A DNA stretch of 64,000 bases from SAR202 cluster bacterium bin127 (lineage in GTDB: Bacteria > Chloroflexota > Dehalococcoidia > Lucifugimonadales > Lucifugimonadaceae): NCBI GenBank assembly GCA_002239045.1, contig MPNN01000010.1:9245-73244 (forward strand). The letters are read 5' to 3'. The position numbers and the translations under genes were made by a program. A model generated the notes under the pieces. The model was given only the letters and a program-made list of their open reading frames with translations. It had not been told where the DNA came from and searched no databases. This document shows, piece by piece, positions 16,631 through 25,663 of the stretch (positions within the stretch are counted from its first letter, which is position 1; every line of letters starts with the position of its first letter).

Positions 16631-16883
16631 ATTGTGTAGGTTTCATGGCATAGTCATACGAATGCACAGTGGCGATCATCCACCCCCTCACTTTCATGTG
16701 AAATATTCGGGCATCGATGGGCGAATTAGGATCGAGGATTTACAAGAGATGGAGCGTCGTTTACCTAGGCGAGTACTCCGGCAAGTCAGGCGATGGGCAA
16801 CGGAACACCACTCGGAGCTTCGACAGGCGTGGCGAGATGCAAGTGTCATGCGAACCCCGAGCAAAATAGAGCCGTTGGAATGA
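16623..16883 (+). CDS. DUF4160 domain protein (copy 1)
   Basis: FHGIVIRMHSGDHPPPHFHVKY. 8-nt overlap (ATGTCTGA) with the preceding gene. Confidence 0.75.
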   Translation: MSELCRFHGIVIRMHSGDHPPPHFHVKYSGIDGRIRIEDLQEMERRLPRRVLRQVRRWATEHHSELRQAWRDASVMRTPSKIEPLE

Positions 16884-17028
16884 TGCATCAAAGAAGGTAA
16901 ATCCTGGGTTCACGGTTCGGTTTGGTATCGACCAGGCAATCGGTTTTTTGCAGGCTTGTGGGTCGCGGTGAGGTAATATCAAGTTCAAGACTGACATTGA
17001 TTTCGATGTTCAATGCGAGGCAACGATA

Positions 17029-17316
17029 GTGACGATCAGACCGACCCAAATAAAAGCTTTAGAAGGGTACCGGATTTGGATCGCGTACGAGGATGGCGTA
17101 GAGGGCGAACTTGACCTGTCGCACCACGCCGGACGTGGCGTTTTCAAAGCATGGGAGGATCGAGCATTCTTTGAGTCTGTTCGTTTAAGCCCGTATCAAG
17201 TGATCGTTTGGGGCGATGACTTGGAACTGTGTGCTAATGCTCTCTACATGGAACTTACCGGCAAAACGGTGGACGAATTGTTGCCGATTGCCGATCCGGT
17301 GAACGTTCATGCCTGA
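17029..17316 (+). CDS. DUF2442 domain protein (copy 2)
   Basis: GTG start. GYRIWIAYEDGVEGELDL and GRGVFKAWEDRAFFESV. Colinear with copy 1. Confidence 0.75.
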   Translation: MTIRPTQIKALEGYRIWIAYEDGVEGELDLSHHAGRGVFKAWEDRAFFESVRLSPYQVIVWGDDLELCANALYMELTGKTVDELLPIADPVNVHA

Positions 17317-17563
17317 ACTGTGCCGGTTCAACGGTATCGTTATCTCAATCGTCTACGGGGATCATCCACCACCTCACTTTCACGTTAGATACTCTGGTGT
17401 TGATGCGACTGTCGATATCCAGAGTCTTAGTGTCAGATCTGAAGAATTGCCGCCTCGAGTGGTTCGGCAGGTGATCGAATGGGCGTCGCGACGCCAAGCT
17501 GAATTACGCAATGCTTGGAAACTTGCAAGTCAAGACATGCCGCCTGGCAAAATCGATCCGTAG
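17309..17563 (+). CDS. DUF4160 domain protein (copy 2)
   Basis: FNGIVISIVYGDHPPPHFHVRY. 8-nt overlap (ATGCCTGA) with the preceding gene. Confidence 0.75.
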   Translation: MPELCRFNGIVISIVYGDHPPPHFHVRYSGVDATVDIQSLSVRSEELPPRVVRQVIEWASRRQAELRNAWKLASQDMPPGKIDP

Positions 17564-17614
17564 TTGGTTATTGGGAGCAAGAAGTCTTGAGTTGATGTTC
17601 CGCAAGTATGCGAA

Positions 17615-18880
17615 CTAAGCCCGCCGCAACACCGGCGAAATCGCCAGGGCGATCAAGCTCGCAGCTGCGACGATCAAACCGGCACCTCCAATCGCCCAAC
17701 GCACCCCGAACGCATCGCCGACTGCGCCCATCGCAAGGTGACCAACCCAGCCGAAGCCGATTGCGAATACCCAGCCACCGATCACCCGGCCGCGCAGACG
17801 ATTCGGGACGTTTGCCTGAAGCAAGGTCCACTCCATCGCGTCAAACATTGATGCGGCGGCTCCGACCATCGTTACGAGGAGCAAAGCCGTGATCAGATTG
17901 GGACTGGCGGCAACTCCCATCAGACCTATGCCGTAGCCAACCGCAATACCGAGAAGCAACGGTCCTTTGCGGCTGAAATCACCCAAGAATGAGAGCGCGA
18001 TTGCACCGGCCACTGCACCTATACCGGCGGCGAATCTCAATGTGCCGAGACCTGATTCGGCGACGTTCAACTCGTCGCGAGCCATCGCGGGCATGACAGA
18101 GTCGTAGGCGAATCCGAATATCTCGACTACGATGGCCATCCAGAGGAGGGTGGATACCGTCGGGATTCGAATCATCGTCCTGATACCGATAACCGCATCC
18201 ACGAAGATGCGCTTCATGGATGCACTCGTTTGTCTAACGGTTGTCCGTACGGTTGGCACGAATAGCACCACAACACCACCGATCAATATAGATCCGGCCG
18301 CGGCGAGCAGTGCGGTTGGAACACCAAAGAACTCTGCGATGATTCCGCTGGCGAGCGCGCCGATGGCTGAAACGGATCTAGTGCCTACGGAATGAACGGA
18401 GATGGCGTTCATCCGGGATTCGCGCGGCACGATGTCGGTGATGAGGCCCTGCTTTGCCGGCATATCGAATGAATTGACTACGCCATGGATCGCGATCAGG
18501 ACGAAAATCGGCCATGGATTCGAAAATCCGTTCAATGCCACGAGTGTGATCAGTAATATCAAAACAGCCATTATCAGGGCTGTGATAGGTAGAAGACGGT
18601 TTCGGGGAAATCGGTCGGCAACGGCACCACCAACTGGCGCTGCGATGATGCTGGGTGCCGAGCCGGCAGCGAAAGTCGCGGCTGATAGCAGCACCGAGTC
18701 GGTCTGCTCAAGCACAAGCCATCCTACAGCTAAGCGTTCAGCCCAAATACCAAGCGCAACGAAGTTGGAACTGATCCAAACCAAGCGAAACGCCGGGTAT
18801 CGAAACGCGGCGAAGGGACTCGGTGTCCGTGGCAGCAATCGGCGCTTTTGCGGCGGCGATTGCGATTGTGACGGATCCAT
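17615..18880 (-). CDS. MFS transporter
   Basis: About 12 predicted TM helices. The motif GGAVADRFPRNR between TM2 and TM3 is typical of MFS. Confidence 0.8.
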   Translation of the reverse strand: MDPSQSQSPPQKRRLLPRTPSPFAAFRYPAFRLVWISSNFVALGIWAERLAVGWLVLEQTDSVLLSAATFAAGSAPSIIAAPVGGAVADRFPRNRLLPITALIMAVLILLITLVALNGFSNPWPIFVLIAIHGVVNSFDMPAKQGLITDIVPRESRMNAISVHSVGTRSVSAIGALASGIIAEFFGVPTALLAAAGSILIGGVVVLFVPTVRTTVRQTSASMKRIFVDAVIGIRTMIRIPTVSTLLWMAIVVEIFGFAYDSVMPAMARDELNVAESGLGTLRFAAGIGAVAGAIALSFLGDFSRKGPLLLGIAVGYGIGLMGVAASPNLITALLLVTMVGAAASMFDAMEWTLLQANVPNRLRGRVIGGWVFAIGFGWVGHLAMGAVGDAFGVRWAIGGAGLIVAAASLIALAISPVLRRA

Positions 18881-18934
18881 CGCGTAACGTTACGTCAACA
18901 TGGGTGCGCTCAACGACCAATGCCGTGTGATCGT

Positions 18935-20143
18935 TCAGGTCTGGATCTGGTGAATTTGGTGCTGGATTTCGCCTGTTGTCTCGATGTCGTTTTCATCGAC
19001 GTAGACGTCCATCTCGAGTCGGACGCCGAATTTGGGAAGGTAGATTCCGGGCTCCATGGTCACGCAGATACCGGGGATGAGTTGACGGGTATCGTGAGTC
19101 TCCCAATCATCGAGGTTTACTGCGTTGGAGTGAACTTCGGGTCCGACACTGTGGCCGAGGCGGTGGACGAAGTAATCTCCGTAACCGTCGTTGGTGATTG
19201 AGTTTCGAGCCACCCGATCGAGTTGCCAACCGCGCGTCGTTTCGCCGTTACGATGCCGGGTCCGCAGGAAATCGAACGCGGCGTCGCGACCGCGTCTCAC
19301 GGAATCGAACACCTCGACTTGATCGGGTGTCGGGTCCGAACCGATTTTGGCGACCCAGGTGATGTCGGCATAGACTGGTTCGCTGGTGGACGCAGCTTCA
19401 CCTTCGGCGAATGGGTCGATTGAAGTCGGTTTGGCCCAGGAGTCGATCAGGAGCCATCCGTCGCGCCGAATGATCGAGGAACTTTCGATGGTCGGTTCGT
19501 AATGAGGGTCGGAGGAGTTGGCGTTGAATGCGACAACTGGACCTTCGCTGGTGTGGAGACCCGCGCGGTCATAACGTCCGCGAATGAACTCAGCTACGTC
19601 GTGCTCGGTTAGTGCCCAGCGAACGTTTTCGCCGATGAAGTTGAAGGACTCGTGCATTATGTTCACAAGTTCTGTCATCGCGTACCGGTGAGATGCCAAT
19701 TGGGCGGCGTCCCAACGTTCTGTAGCGTACTGGGACACGTCGCCTGAGGAGACGACCTCCAGGCCGAACGATCGGACTAATTCGACTGATCCCGCGTCGA
19801 CTCTGGCGACACGGGGCAGTTCGTAGAGAGGGGAGTAGTCCATTGCGATTTTGCCGTGGTCGGGAAGTGATGACTTGAGAGAAGAGACCATCGCATCGCG
19901 GTTGCTGTAAACAGTGATTCCGATGTCGTCGCGTTCGAAGCGTTTAGCGTCGACATCGTGGGTTAAGAGGCGCGGTTCGTCTTGGGCCGGGATCCACAGC
20001 CAGACCGGGCGCGTGAGGTTGTTGGGTTGGTAACCTAGCGCGGCGAAGAATATTGGGTTGGTGTAGCGGTAGTCGCGCGTCAGCCAACCGGATATCCCAT
20101 TGTCAGTAAGGAACTCGCGGGCGGCGTTGAGGTCGGTTGCCAT
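18935..20143 (-). CDS. M24-family metallopeptidase (Xaa-Pro aminopeptidase/creatinase-like)
   Basis: HRLGHSVGPEVHS, TMEPGIY and RLEMDVYV are pita-bread fold metal ligands. Confidence 0.8.
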   Translation of the reverse strand: MATDLNAAREFLTDNGISGWLTRDYRYTNPIFFAALGYQPNNLTRPVWLWIPAQDEPRLLTHDVDAKRFERDDIGITVYSNRDAMVSSLKSSLPDHGKIAMDYSPLYELPRVARVDAGSVELVRSFGLEVVSSGDVSQYATERWDAAQLASHRYAMTELVNIMHESFNFIGENVRWALTEHDVAEFIRGRYDRAGLHTSEGPVVAFNANSSDPHYEPTIESSSIIRRDGWLLIDSWAKPTSIDPFAEGEAASTSEPVYADITWVAKIGSDPTPDQVEVFDSVRRGRDAAFDFLRTRHRNGETTRGWQLDRVARNSITNDGYGDYFVHRLGHSVGPEVHSNAVNLDDWETHDTRQLIPGICVTMEPGIYLPKFGVRLEMDVYVDENDIETTGEIQHQIHQIQT

Positions 20144-20145
20144 TT

Positions 20146-20757
20146 CTAGGGATTCTCGGCTAGGGACGGGTAGGTTTTGAGCGCGGTTTCGTAATCGTCC
20201 GGGGTGTTGAGGTCGAAGCGAACGACCGAGTTGTCGAAGTAGACCCGATTCATGGCTCGGTCGTATCGCTTCATGACTTGGCGTAGACCTTCATGCTTTT
20301 CGGAGATCTTGGCCAGTTCGGGGAACAGTGCCGCGTCGAATAGCAGGGGATGTCCACCGTGGCCAGAGTATCGCGGCGACGTTACGGGGCAATTGGAATT
20401 CAGGTGGGATTGGAGCGCTTGGTTGATGGCCCATGCAGGCCGCGGTTGGTCCACAGCTAGGACGATCAGGGTTTGGCAACTGGTAGAAAGTTCTCGGAGA
20501 CCAGTTTTGATTGAGGTCGTTTTTCCTCGGGACCAATCTGGATTGGCGGCGACCGTGATGTTTGGTTTATCGATGATGGTGTCTGAGATTTCGTCATGGT
20601 GGGCGCCGGTCACGACGATGACTCGGTTCGCTCCACCTTCGAAGAGCGCTTCGGCTTGGGCTAGGACGAGAGGTTGGCCGAACCAGTCGAGGAGGGCCTT
20701 GGGTTTGCCCATTCGGGAAGATTCGCCAGCTGAGAGGAGTATTGCCTCGACGACCAT
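20146..20757 (-). CDS. MobA/MocA-like nucleotidyltransferase (molybdenum cofactor cytidylyl/guanylyltransferase family)
   Basis: ILLSAGESSRMGKPKALL and VLAVDQP. Its stop lies 2 nt before the downstream gene's start. Confidence 0.75.
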   Translation of the reverse strand: MVVEAILLSAGESSRMGKPKALLDWFGQPLVLAQAEALFEGGANRVIVVTGAHHDEISDTIIDKPNITVAANPDWSRGKTTSIKTGLRELSTSCQTLIVLAVDQPRPAWAINQALQSHLNSNCPVTSPRYSGHGGHPLLFDAALFPELAKISEKHEGLRQVMKRYDRAMNRVYFDNSVVRFDLNTPDDYETALKTYPSLAENP

Positions 20758-20780
20758 TGGGGTGAAATATGCATCCGAGG

Positions 20781-21935
20781 CTAACTGCCGGCAGCAATTG
20801 CGCGTTCTGTGACGGGTGATCTGGCGGCGCGTTCGATGGCTTTGTCGAGGAGTCGCTCTTGAAGTTTCATGCTTCCGCCCGTGCCGCCGAGTCGGAATGC
20901 AATGATCTCGGACATGACGCTGATGGCGATCTCTTCGGGCGTGCGCCCGCCGATGTCGAGCCCAATGGGGGCGTTGATGCGGCGGAGTTCTTCCGCGTCG
21001 AAGCCATTGCGGATGAGTTCCTCGAAGATGAGGATGGTTTTGCGTTTGCTTCCGAGCAGACCGATGTACGACGCCGGAGTTCTGAGGGCGCCCGAAACCG
21101 CCGCGTCGTCGAATTGATGTCCGCGGGTGGCCACGACGACGAATGAGTTGGCGTTCACGGGTAGATCGTCGAATCCGTTGCGGTAGTCACCGACCATGGT
21201 GATGTCGGCATCTGGGAAGCGATCCGGGTTGGCGAACTGCTCGCGGTCGTCGAAGACAAAGATGCGGAATCCGACGCCCTTGGCGATAGGGACGATGGCA
21301 TTGCTGACGTGTCCTCCACCGATGAGGACGAGTGTGGGTGGCGTTGTGTACGCCTCGATGTAGCACTCGACACCGTCGTCGAAACGCAAGTAATCGTTCT
21401 TACCCATGGCCATCAGATCGCGCGCCTTTGCGACGGTCATTGCTTCGAGGACCGAGTCGCCGAGACCGCCTTGAGTGTCTCCGTTTTCGCGGACGAGCAT
21501 CTTGGCACCGACTTGAACGTCGGAGTGGGATGGGGCAGCAGTGACGTTGACGATCGCCATTGGCGGACCACCGGCATATGCGTCAGCAGCTTGGGCCGCG
21601 AAATCGCGGTACGGGTCAGGTTGGCGAACGGGGTCGATGAGGAAGTACATCGTGCCACCGCACACGAGGCCGTCTTGTGCAGCGAGGTCTTCGTTCAGTT
21701 CGTAATCGCGCAGTTCGGCATCGCCGCCGCGTTTGAGTAGCTCCTGTGCTGCGAACCAGATATCGCCTTCGACGCAACCTCCACCTAGTGTTCCTACGCC
21801 GCTGCCGTCTTCACGGACCAACAGTTTAGCGCCGGATTTTTGGGGAGTCGAACCAGACGTCCGCACGACCGTTGCGACGACCATTGGCTTTTGGCCATCC
21901 AACTCTTCGACGGCTGCTTTGAAAACCGATTCCAT
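20781..21935 (-). CDS. XdhC/CoxI-family molybdoenzyme maturation accessory protein
   Basis: N-terminal VVATVVRTSGSTPQKSGAKLLV and GGGCVEG; C-terminal Rossmann LVLIGGGHV. Confidence 0.8.
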   Translation of the reverse strand: MESVFKAAVEELDGQKPMVVATVVRTSGSTPQKSGAKLLVREDGSGVGTLGGGCVEGDIWFAAQELLKRGGDAELRDYELNEDLAAQDGLVCGGTMYFLIDPVRQPDPYRDFAAQAADAYAGGPPMAIVNVTAAPSHSDVQVGAKMLVRENGDTQGGLGDSVLEAMTVAKARDLMAMGKNDYLRFDDGVECYIEAYTTPPTLVLIGGGHVSNAIVPIAKGVGFRIFVFDDREQFANPDRFPDADITMVGDYRNGFDDLPVNANSFVVVATRGHQFDDAAVSGALRTPASYIGLLGSKRKTILIFEELIRNGFDAEELRRINAPIGLDIGGRTPEEIAISVMSEIIAFRLGGTGGSMKLQERLLDKAIERAARSPVTERAIAAGS

Positions 21936-22049
21936 GCTTCAGATTCTCCTGCGACGTGCCCGAACTGACGGACCTGACTCCACCACCGCACGGACTTACA
22001 CTACCATGCTACTATTCGTGACCGATTTGCGATGATTTTGGTTCACTTA

Positions 22050-22886
22050 TCAGTCGTTCAACTCGATCGTCGTTGACTCAGATCCGCGTTCCTCGGCTTC
22101 CATCGCTGCGTCTTCTTCCTCGCGTCTCTGTCGTCGGATTCGACTGACGACAACGCTGGTGACGATGCCACCGCCGATCAAGACGAACAGGGTGGTAATG
22201 ATGATGGGGCCGATGGCGAATTGGAAGCCGGGATCGCGGGTTTGCGCGTATACATCGATGCCTTCAAGGAGATTTGAGTCCCAAATGAGGACGCCATCGA
22301 CTTCTCGGTCGGCATTGTGCTCGATGTATTCGCCGGGTAGTTCGAGTGACAAGATGAAGGGCAACTCTAGCTCCCCGAGGTCAAAAGGAATGTCGCCCGT
22401 AAGACCGTCTAAACCTTCTGTAATCGACGAATCAGTGGTTTGGTTCAGCTCGACGACCCAGCCATCGTCTTGTTCGGTCCGAATGAAGTTGAATTTGCCG
22501 ATGTCAACCGTTTCGGTCAGATTGCCGAGAATCGACTCACCGTCAGAAATCGCAGCGATTGCTTGGCTACGGGGATCGAAATCGGCTTGGATCCTGACGC
22601 CGGTGTATCCGGCTTCGGAGTAGGGTTCGATTGTTGCACCTGCGAGCCCTTCGGATTCGAGCTCGTCGGTCGGGGCATCCAGGAAGTCGCCCAACGGATC
22701 TTCACCGCCGAGTTGGGCCATCGAGAGGATGGCATCGTTCACCGCGCCGATTATCTCGATTTCCCCATTGCCTTCCTCGTCGACCGATACATTGATTTCC
22801 GCTTTGCAGGCACTCAACAACATCAAAGCTGTCGCGGCTAACAACAGGCAAAACAGTGATTTAGACGATGCAATTCGCAATTTCAT
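22050..22886 (-). CDS. Putative lipoprotein with a C-terminal TM anchor (LppM/DUF3153-like pattern)
   Basis: Lipobox LLSAC, an acidic extracytoplasmic domain, a C-terminal TM helix, then RIRRQRREEED. Confidence 0.5.
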   Translation of the reverse strand: MKLRIASSKSLFCLLLAATALMLLSACKAEINVSVDEEGNGEIEIIGAVNDAILSMAQLGGEDPLGDFLDAPTDELESEGLAGATIEPYSEAGYTGVRIQADFDPRSQAIAAISDGESILGNLTETVDIGKFNFIRTEQDDGWVVELNQTTDSSITEGLDGLTGDIPFDLGELELPFILSLELPGEYIEHNADREVDGVLIWDSNLLEGIDVYAQTRDPGFQFAIGPIIITTLFVLIGGGIVTSVVVSRIRRQRREEEDAAMEAEERGSESTTIELND

Positions 22887-22962
22887 GTCTCAAGCTTCCT
22901 CAAACCGTAGGCAGATGCCCTTTGATTTATACGATACAGTGCATTCAAAACGTCGGCGGAGG

Positions 22963-24198
22963 TCATGCAATGATCGCTAGACCGGCTCCGGCTGCTGCGC
23001 AGATGATGACGACGAGCCAAGAGGGAAGTTTCCAAAACATGAGGAGGCCGAAGGCCGCGGCGGCGAGTGCGAAGTCTTTTGGTTCTTTGATCGAGGACGT
23101 CCATACGGGGTCGAAAAAGGCGGCAGCGAGAATCCCTACCACAGCGGCGTTGATGGCAACCATCGCGGCTCGGAAGTTCGATGCTCGGCTGAGTTGGTTC
23201 CAGAAAGGGAGAATGGCGATCACGAGTAGAAATGACGGCAGGAAGATGGCGACGAGTGCGATCAACGCCCCGCTGATACCGCCGGGTCCGATGTCCATCA
23301 CCGTACCGAGATAGGCGGAGAAGGTGAATAGGGGGCCGGGTATCGCCTGTGATGCGCCGTAACCCGCGATGAACTGCTCGGTCGAAACCCATCCGTTATT
23401 CACTACCTCGGTCTCTAACGTGGGCAATACGACGTGTCCGCCGCCAAAGACTAGCGACCCGCTGCGGAAAAAACCATCGAATATCGCTAGGACATCGACA
23501 TCCAAGAAGAATCGCGCCAGAGGCAAACCGACCAATAGCGCCACGAAAACGACCGCCACCGCGATGCCGGCCGATTTCGGGATGTCGTACGCGAAGTCTT
23601 CGGTCGGAGATTCGTCGACGTAGTGGCGGAATCGCCACCAACCGTAGGCACCCGCGATCAGTATCACGACCACGATGCTGATCGCCAGAGGAGACAGGAG
23701 GATTGCGACGGCGGCCAATACAGCAACGGTAGCGCGGGTTTTATCTGGCGCTAGGGTTGTGCTCATGCCCCAAAGCGCTTGGGCAACGACAGCTACGGCG
23801 GCGATCTTGAGTCCGATGAGCCATTCGCCTTCGAGGAGATTGTCGAATTCGGTTATGCCAAACCCAAAAGCTATGAGGAGCGCAGCCGAAGGCGCGGTGA
23901 AGGCGACCCAAGCTAATACACCGCCGAGCAGACCGCCACGGGTGATTCCCACCGCTATGCCCACTTGGCTGCTGGTCGGACCGGGCAGGAAGTGGCAGAG
24001 GGCGACGAGGTCAGAGAAGCGGCGTTCGGAGAGCCAGCGGCGATTCTCGACATATTCTTGCCGGAAGAATCCGATGTGGGCGATCGGTCCGCCGAATGAC
24101 GTTAGGCCGAGCCGCAGAGCTACAACGAAGATAGTCAGCAGATTGACTAGTCGGGAGTTCGAATCATTTGGATCGCTGGTTGAGGTCGCTTCGGTCAT
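22963..24198 (-). CDS. chrA: Chromate ion transporter (CHR) family protein
   Basis: Two CHR halves: FGGPIAHIGFFRQEYVENRRWL...LPGPTSSQ and VFGGGHVVLP...IPGPLFTF. Confidence 0.85.
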   Translation of the reverse strand: MTEATSTSDPNDSNSRLVNLLTIFVVALRLGLTSFGGPIAHIGFFRQEYVENRRWLSERRFSDLVALCHFLPGPTSSQVGIAVGITRGGLLGGVLAWVAFTAPSAALLIAFGFGITEFDNLLEGEWLIGLKIAAVAVVAQALWGMSTTLAPDKTRATVAVLAAVAILLSPLAISIVVVILIAGAYGWWRFRHYVDESPTEDFAYDIPKSAGIAVAVVFVALLVGLPLARFFLDVDVLAIFDGFFRSGSLVFGGGHVVLPTLETEVVNNGWVSTEQFIAGYGASQAIPGPLFTFSAYLGTVMDIGPGGISGALIALVAIFLPSFLLVIAILPFWNQLSRASNFRAAMVAINAAVVGILAAAFFDPVWTSSIKEPKDFALAAAAFGLLMFWKLPSWLVVIICAAAGAGLAIIA

Positions 24199-24255
24199 CG
24201 CTGAAGTTCCGTCAACCAGAGCCTTTGCCGTTCAATGAATTCGCGTGTCTGTCGA

Positions 24256-25353
24256 TCAAACGCGAAACTCTTCCAAGACGTCCCATTTAGGTTCTAGGCC
24301 CAAGCCTGGGCGGTCTGGAGCATGAACATAGCCATCGCGGATGTCGAGTTCGTGTTGCCAGATCTTGCCGTGCATGGGATCGACGGTGTCCCGGTAGTAT
24401 TCGAGGATTAGTCCGTTCGGAATGGCCGCCACTAGGTGGATGTGGACATATTGGGAGCCGTGAGGCGCAATATCGAGATCGTGGGCTTGCGCTAACGCGG
24501 CGATTTTCATAAACTCCGTGATGCCTCCGAGCACCAGAGCATCGGGTTGCAGGATGTCTACGGCGCGGTGATCGATCATGTCTCGGAAGCCGTAACGAGT
24601 GTATTCGTTCTCTCCCGCTGCGACGGGAACGGAGGTTGCCCGCGTGATTTCGCGCTGACCGATGTAGTCATCTGGTTCGACGGGTTCTTCGAACCAGAAG
24701 AGGTCGTATTTTTCGGCTTTCCGCGCAAATTCGATGGCTTGATAGTGACGGTACGCGTTGTTGGCGTCGACCATCAGACGGATGTCGGGTCCAATAGTCT
24801 CCCGGCAAACCCGGACGCGTTCGATGTCTTCGTTGATTGAGACGGCGCCGACTTTGATCTTGACCGCACGTGCGCCGAGTTCGACGTTTTCGGCCATTTC
24901 AGCGGCGAGTTCTTTGAGGCCTTTGCCTTCTTCGTAATATCCGCCGGCCACATAGGTATCTACGCGGTCAGTAAACCCGCCCAGCAGTTTATAGACGGGA
25001 AGGCCTGCGACCTTTCCTTTGATGTCCCAAAGAGCGATGTCGACACCGCCAAGCATCCTGGTAGTGATTCCGCGTCGACCGACGAGCTTGGGTCGCCACA
25101 TCTCGTGCCAAATGCGCTCGTTGTCAAGCGGATCCATGCCCACGAGCATCTTCTTGAAGTGACCGATGATCGCTTCACCAACTTCGGGGCTCGCTTCGAT
25201 GCCTCCGGCAAGGCCGATTCCGGTGATATTGGGGTCGTCGGTTTCGATGACCACGATGTTTAGCAAGTTGTGCGTGTAGGTGTAGAGGCCGTTGGTGATG
25301 GGGACCTCACGGGGCCACTTGTACATATCGAGGCGGACATCGGTGATTTGCAT
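24256..25353 (-). CDS. Mandelate racemase/muconate lactonizing enzyme family (enolase superfamily) protein
   Basis: KIKVG, LMVDAN, FWFEEP, AAGENE and DILQPD, typical of MR/MLE. Confidence 0.85.
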   Translation of the reverse strand: MQITDVRLDMYKWPREVPITNGLYTYTHNLLNIVVIETDDPNITGIGLAGGIEASPEVGEAIIGHFKKMLVGMDPLDNERIWHEMWRPKLVGRRGITTRMLGGVDIALWDIKGKVAGLPVYKLLGGFTDRVDTYVAGGYYEEGKGLKELAAEMAENVELGARAVKIKVGAVSINEDIERVRVCRETIGPDIRLMVDANNAYRHYQAIEFARKAEKYDLFWFEEPVEPDDYIGQREITRATSVPVAAGENEYTRYGFRDMIDHRAVDILQPDALVLGGITEFMKIAALAQAHDLDIAPHGSQYVHIHLVAAIPNGLILEYYRDTVDPMHGKIWQHELDIRDGYVHAPDRPGLGLEPKWDVLEEFRV

Positions 25354-25485
25354 CGAATTCCTGCTTTCGTGTCATCTGGAACTGATCGGCACAGTTGAAT
25401 GTTAGCGCAGGGCGTTTATGACGTGATCATGTGATCAGGTTTGGGTTAGGCTATTAGAATCGCCGTTACACCTAATTCACCACGT

Positions 25486-25561
25486 GGGCCCGTAGCTCAG
25501 GGGTTAGAGCAGTCGGCTCATAACCGATCGGTCGGGGGTTCGATTCCCTCCGGGCCCACCA
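25486..25561 (+). tRNA. tRNA-Met (anticodon CAT), elongator type; tRNA-Ile2 (lysidine) cannot be excluded
   Basis: Cloverleaf: acceptor GGGCCCG/CGGGCCC, anticodon arm GTCGG-CTCATAA-CCGAT, T arm GGGGG-TTCGATT-CCCTC, encoded CCA. G1-C72 pairs, so it is not an initiator. Confidence 0.9.
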
Positions 25562-25663
25562 TTGTTTGCTCATTTTGAGTTTGAACTTAGATGCTTTCGC
25601 TGGGCGCTGCATCTGGCGGAGCGAGGTGTTCCCCGTCACCACGATAAGCGAGCGACTTCTACC

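Noticed and set aside
25562-25663. The N-terminal extension of the large ORF given in the ORF track (start at 25562).
   Set aside because: The extension starts 1 nt after the tRNA-Met CCA end and encodes a non-signal sequence. The internal ATG at 25664 yields a canonical lipoprotein signal peptide.
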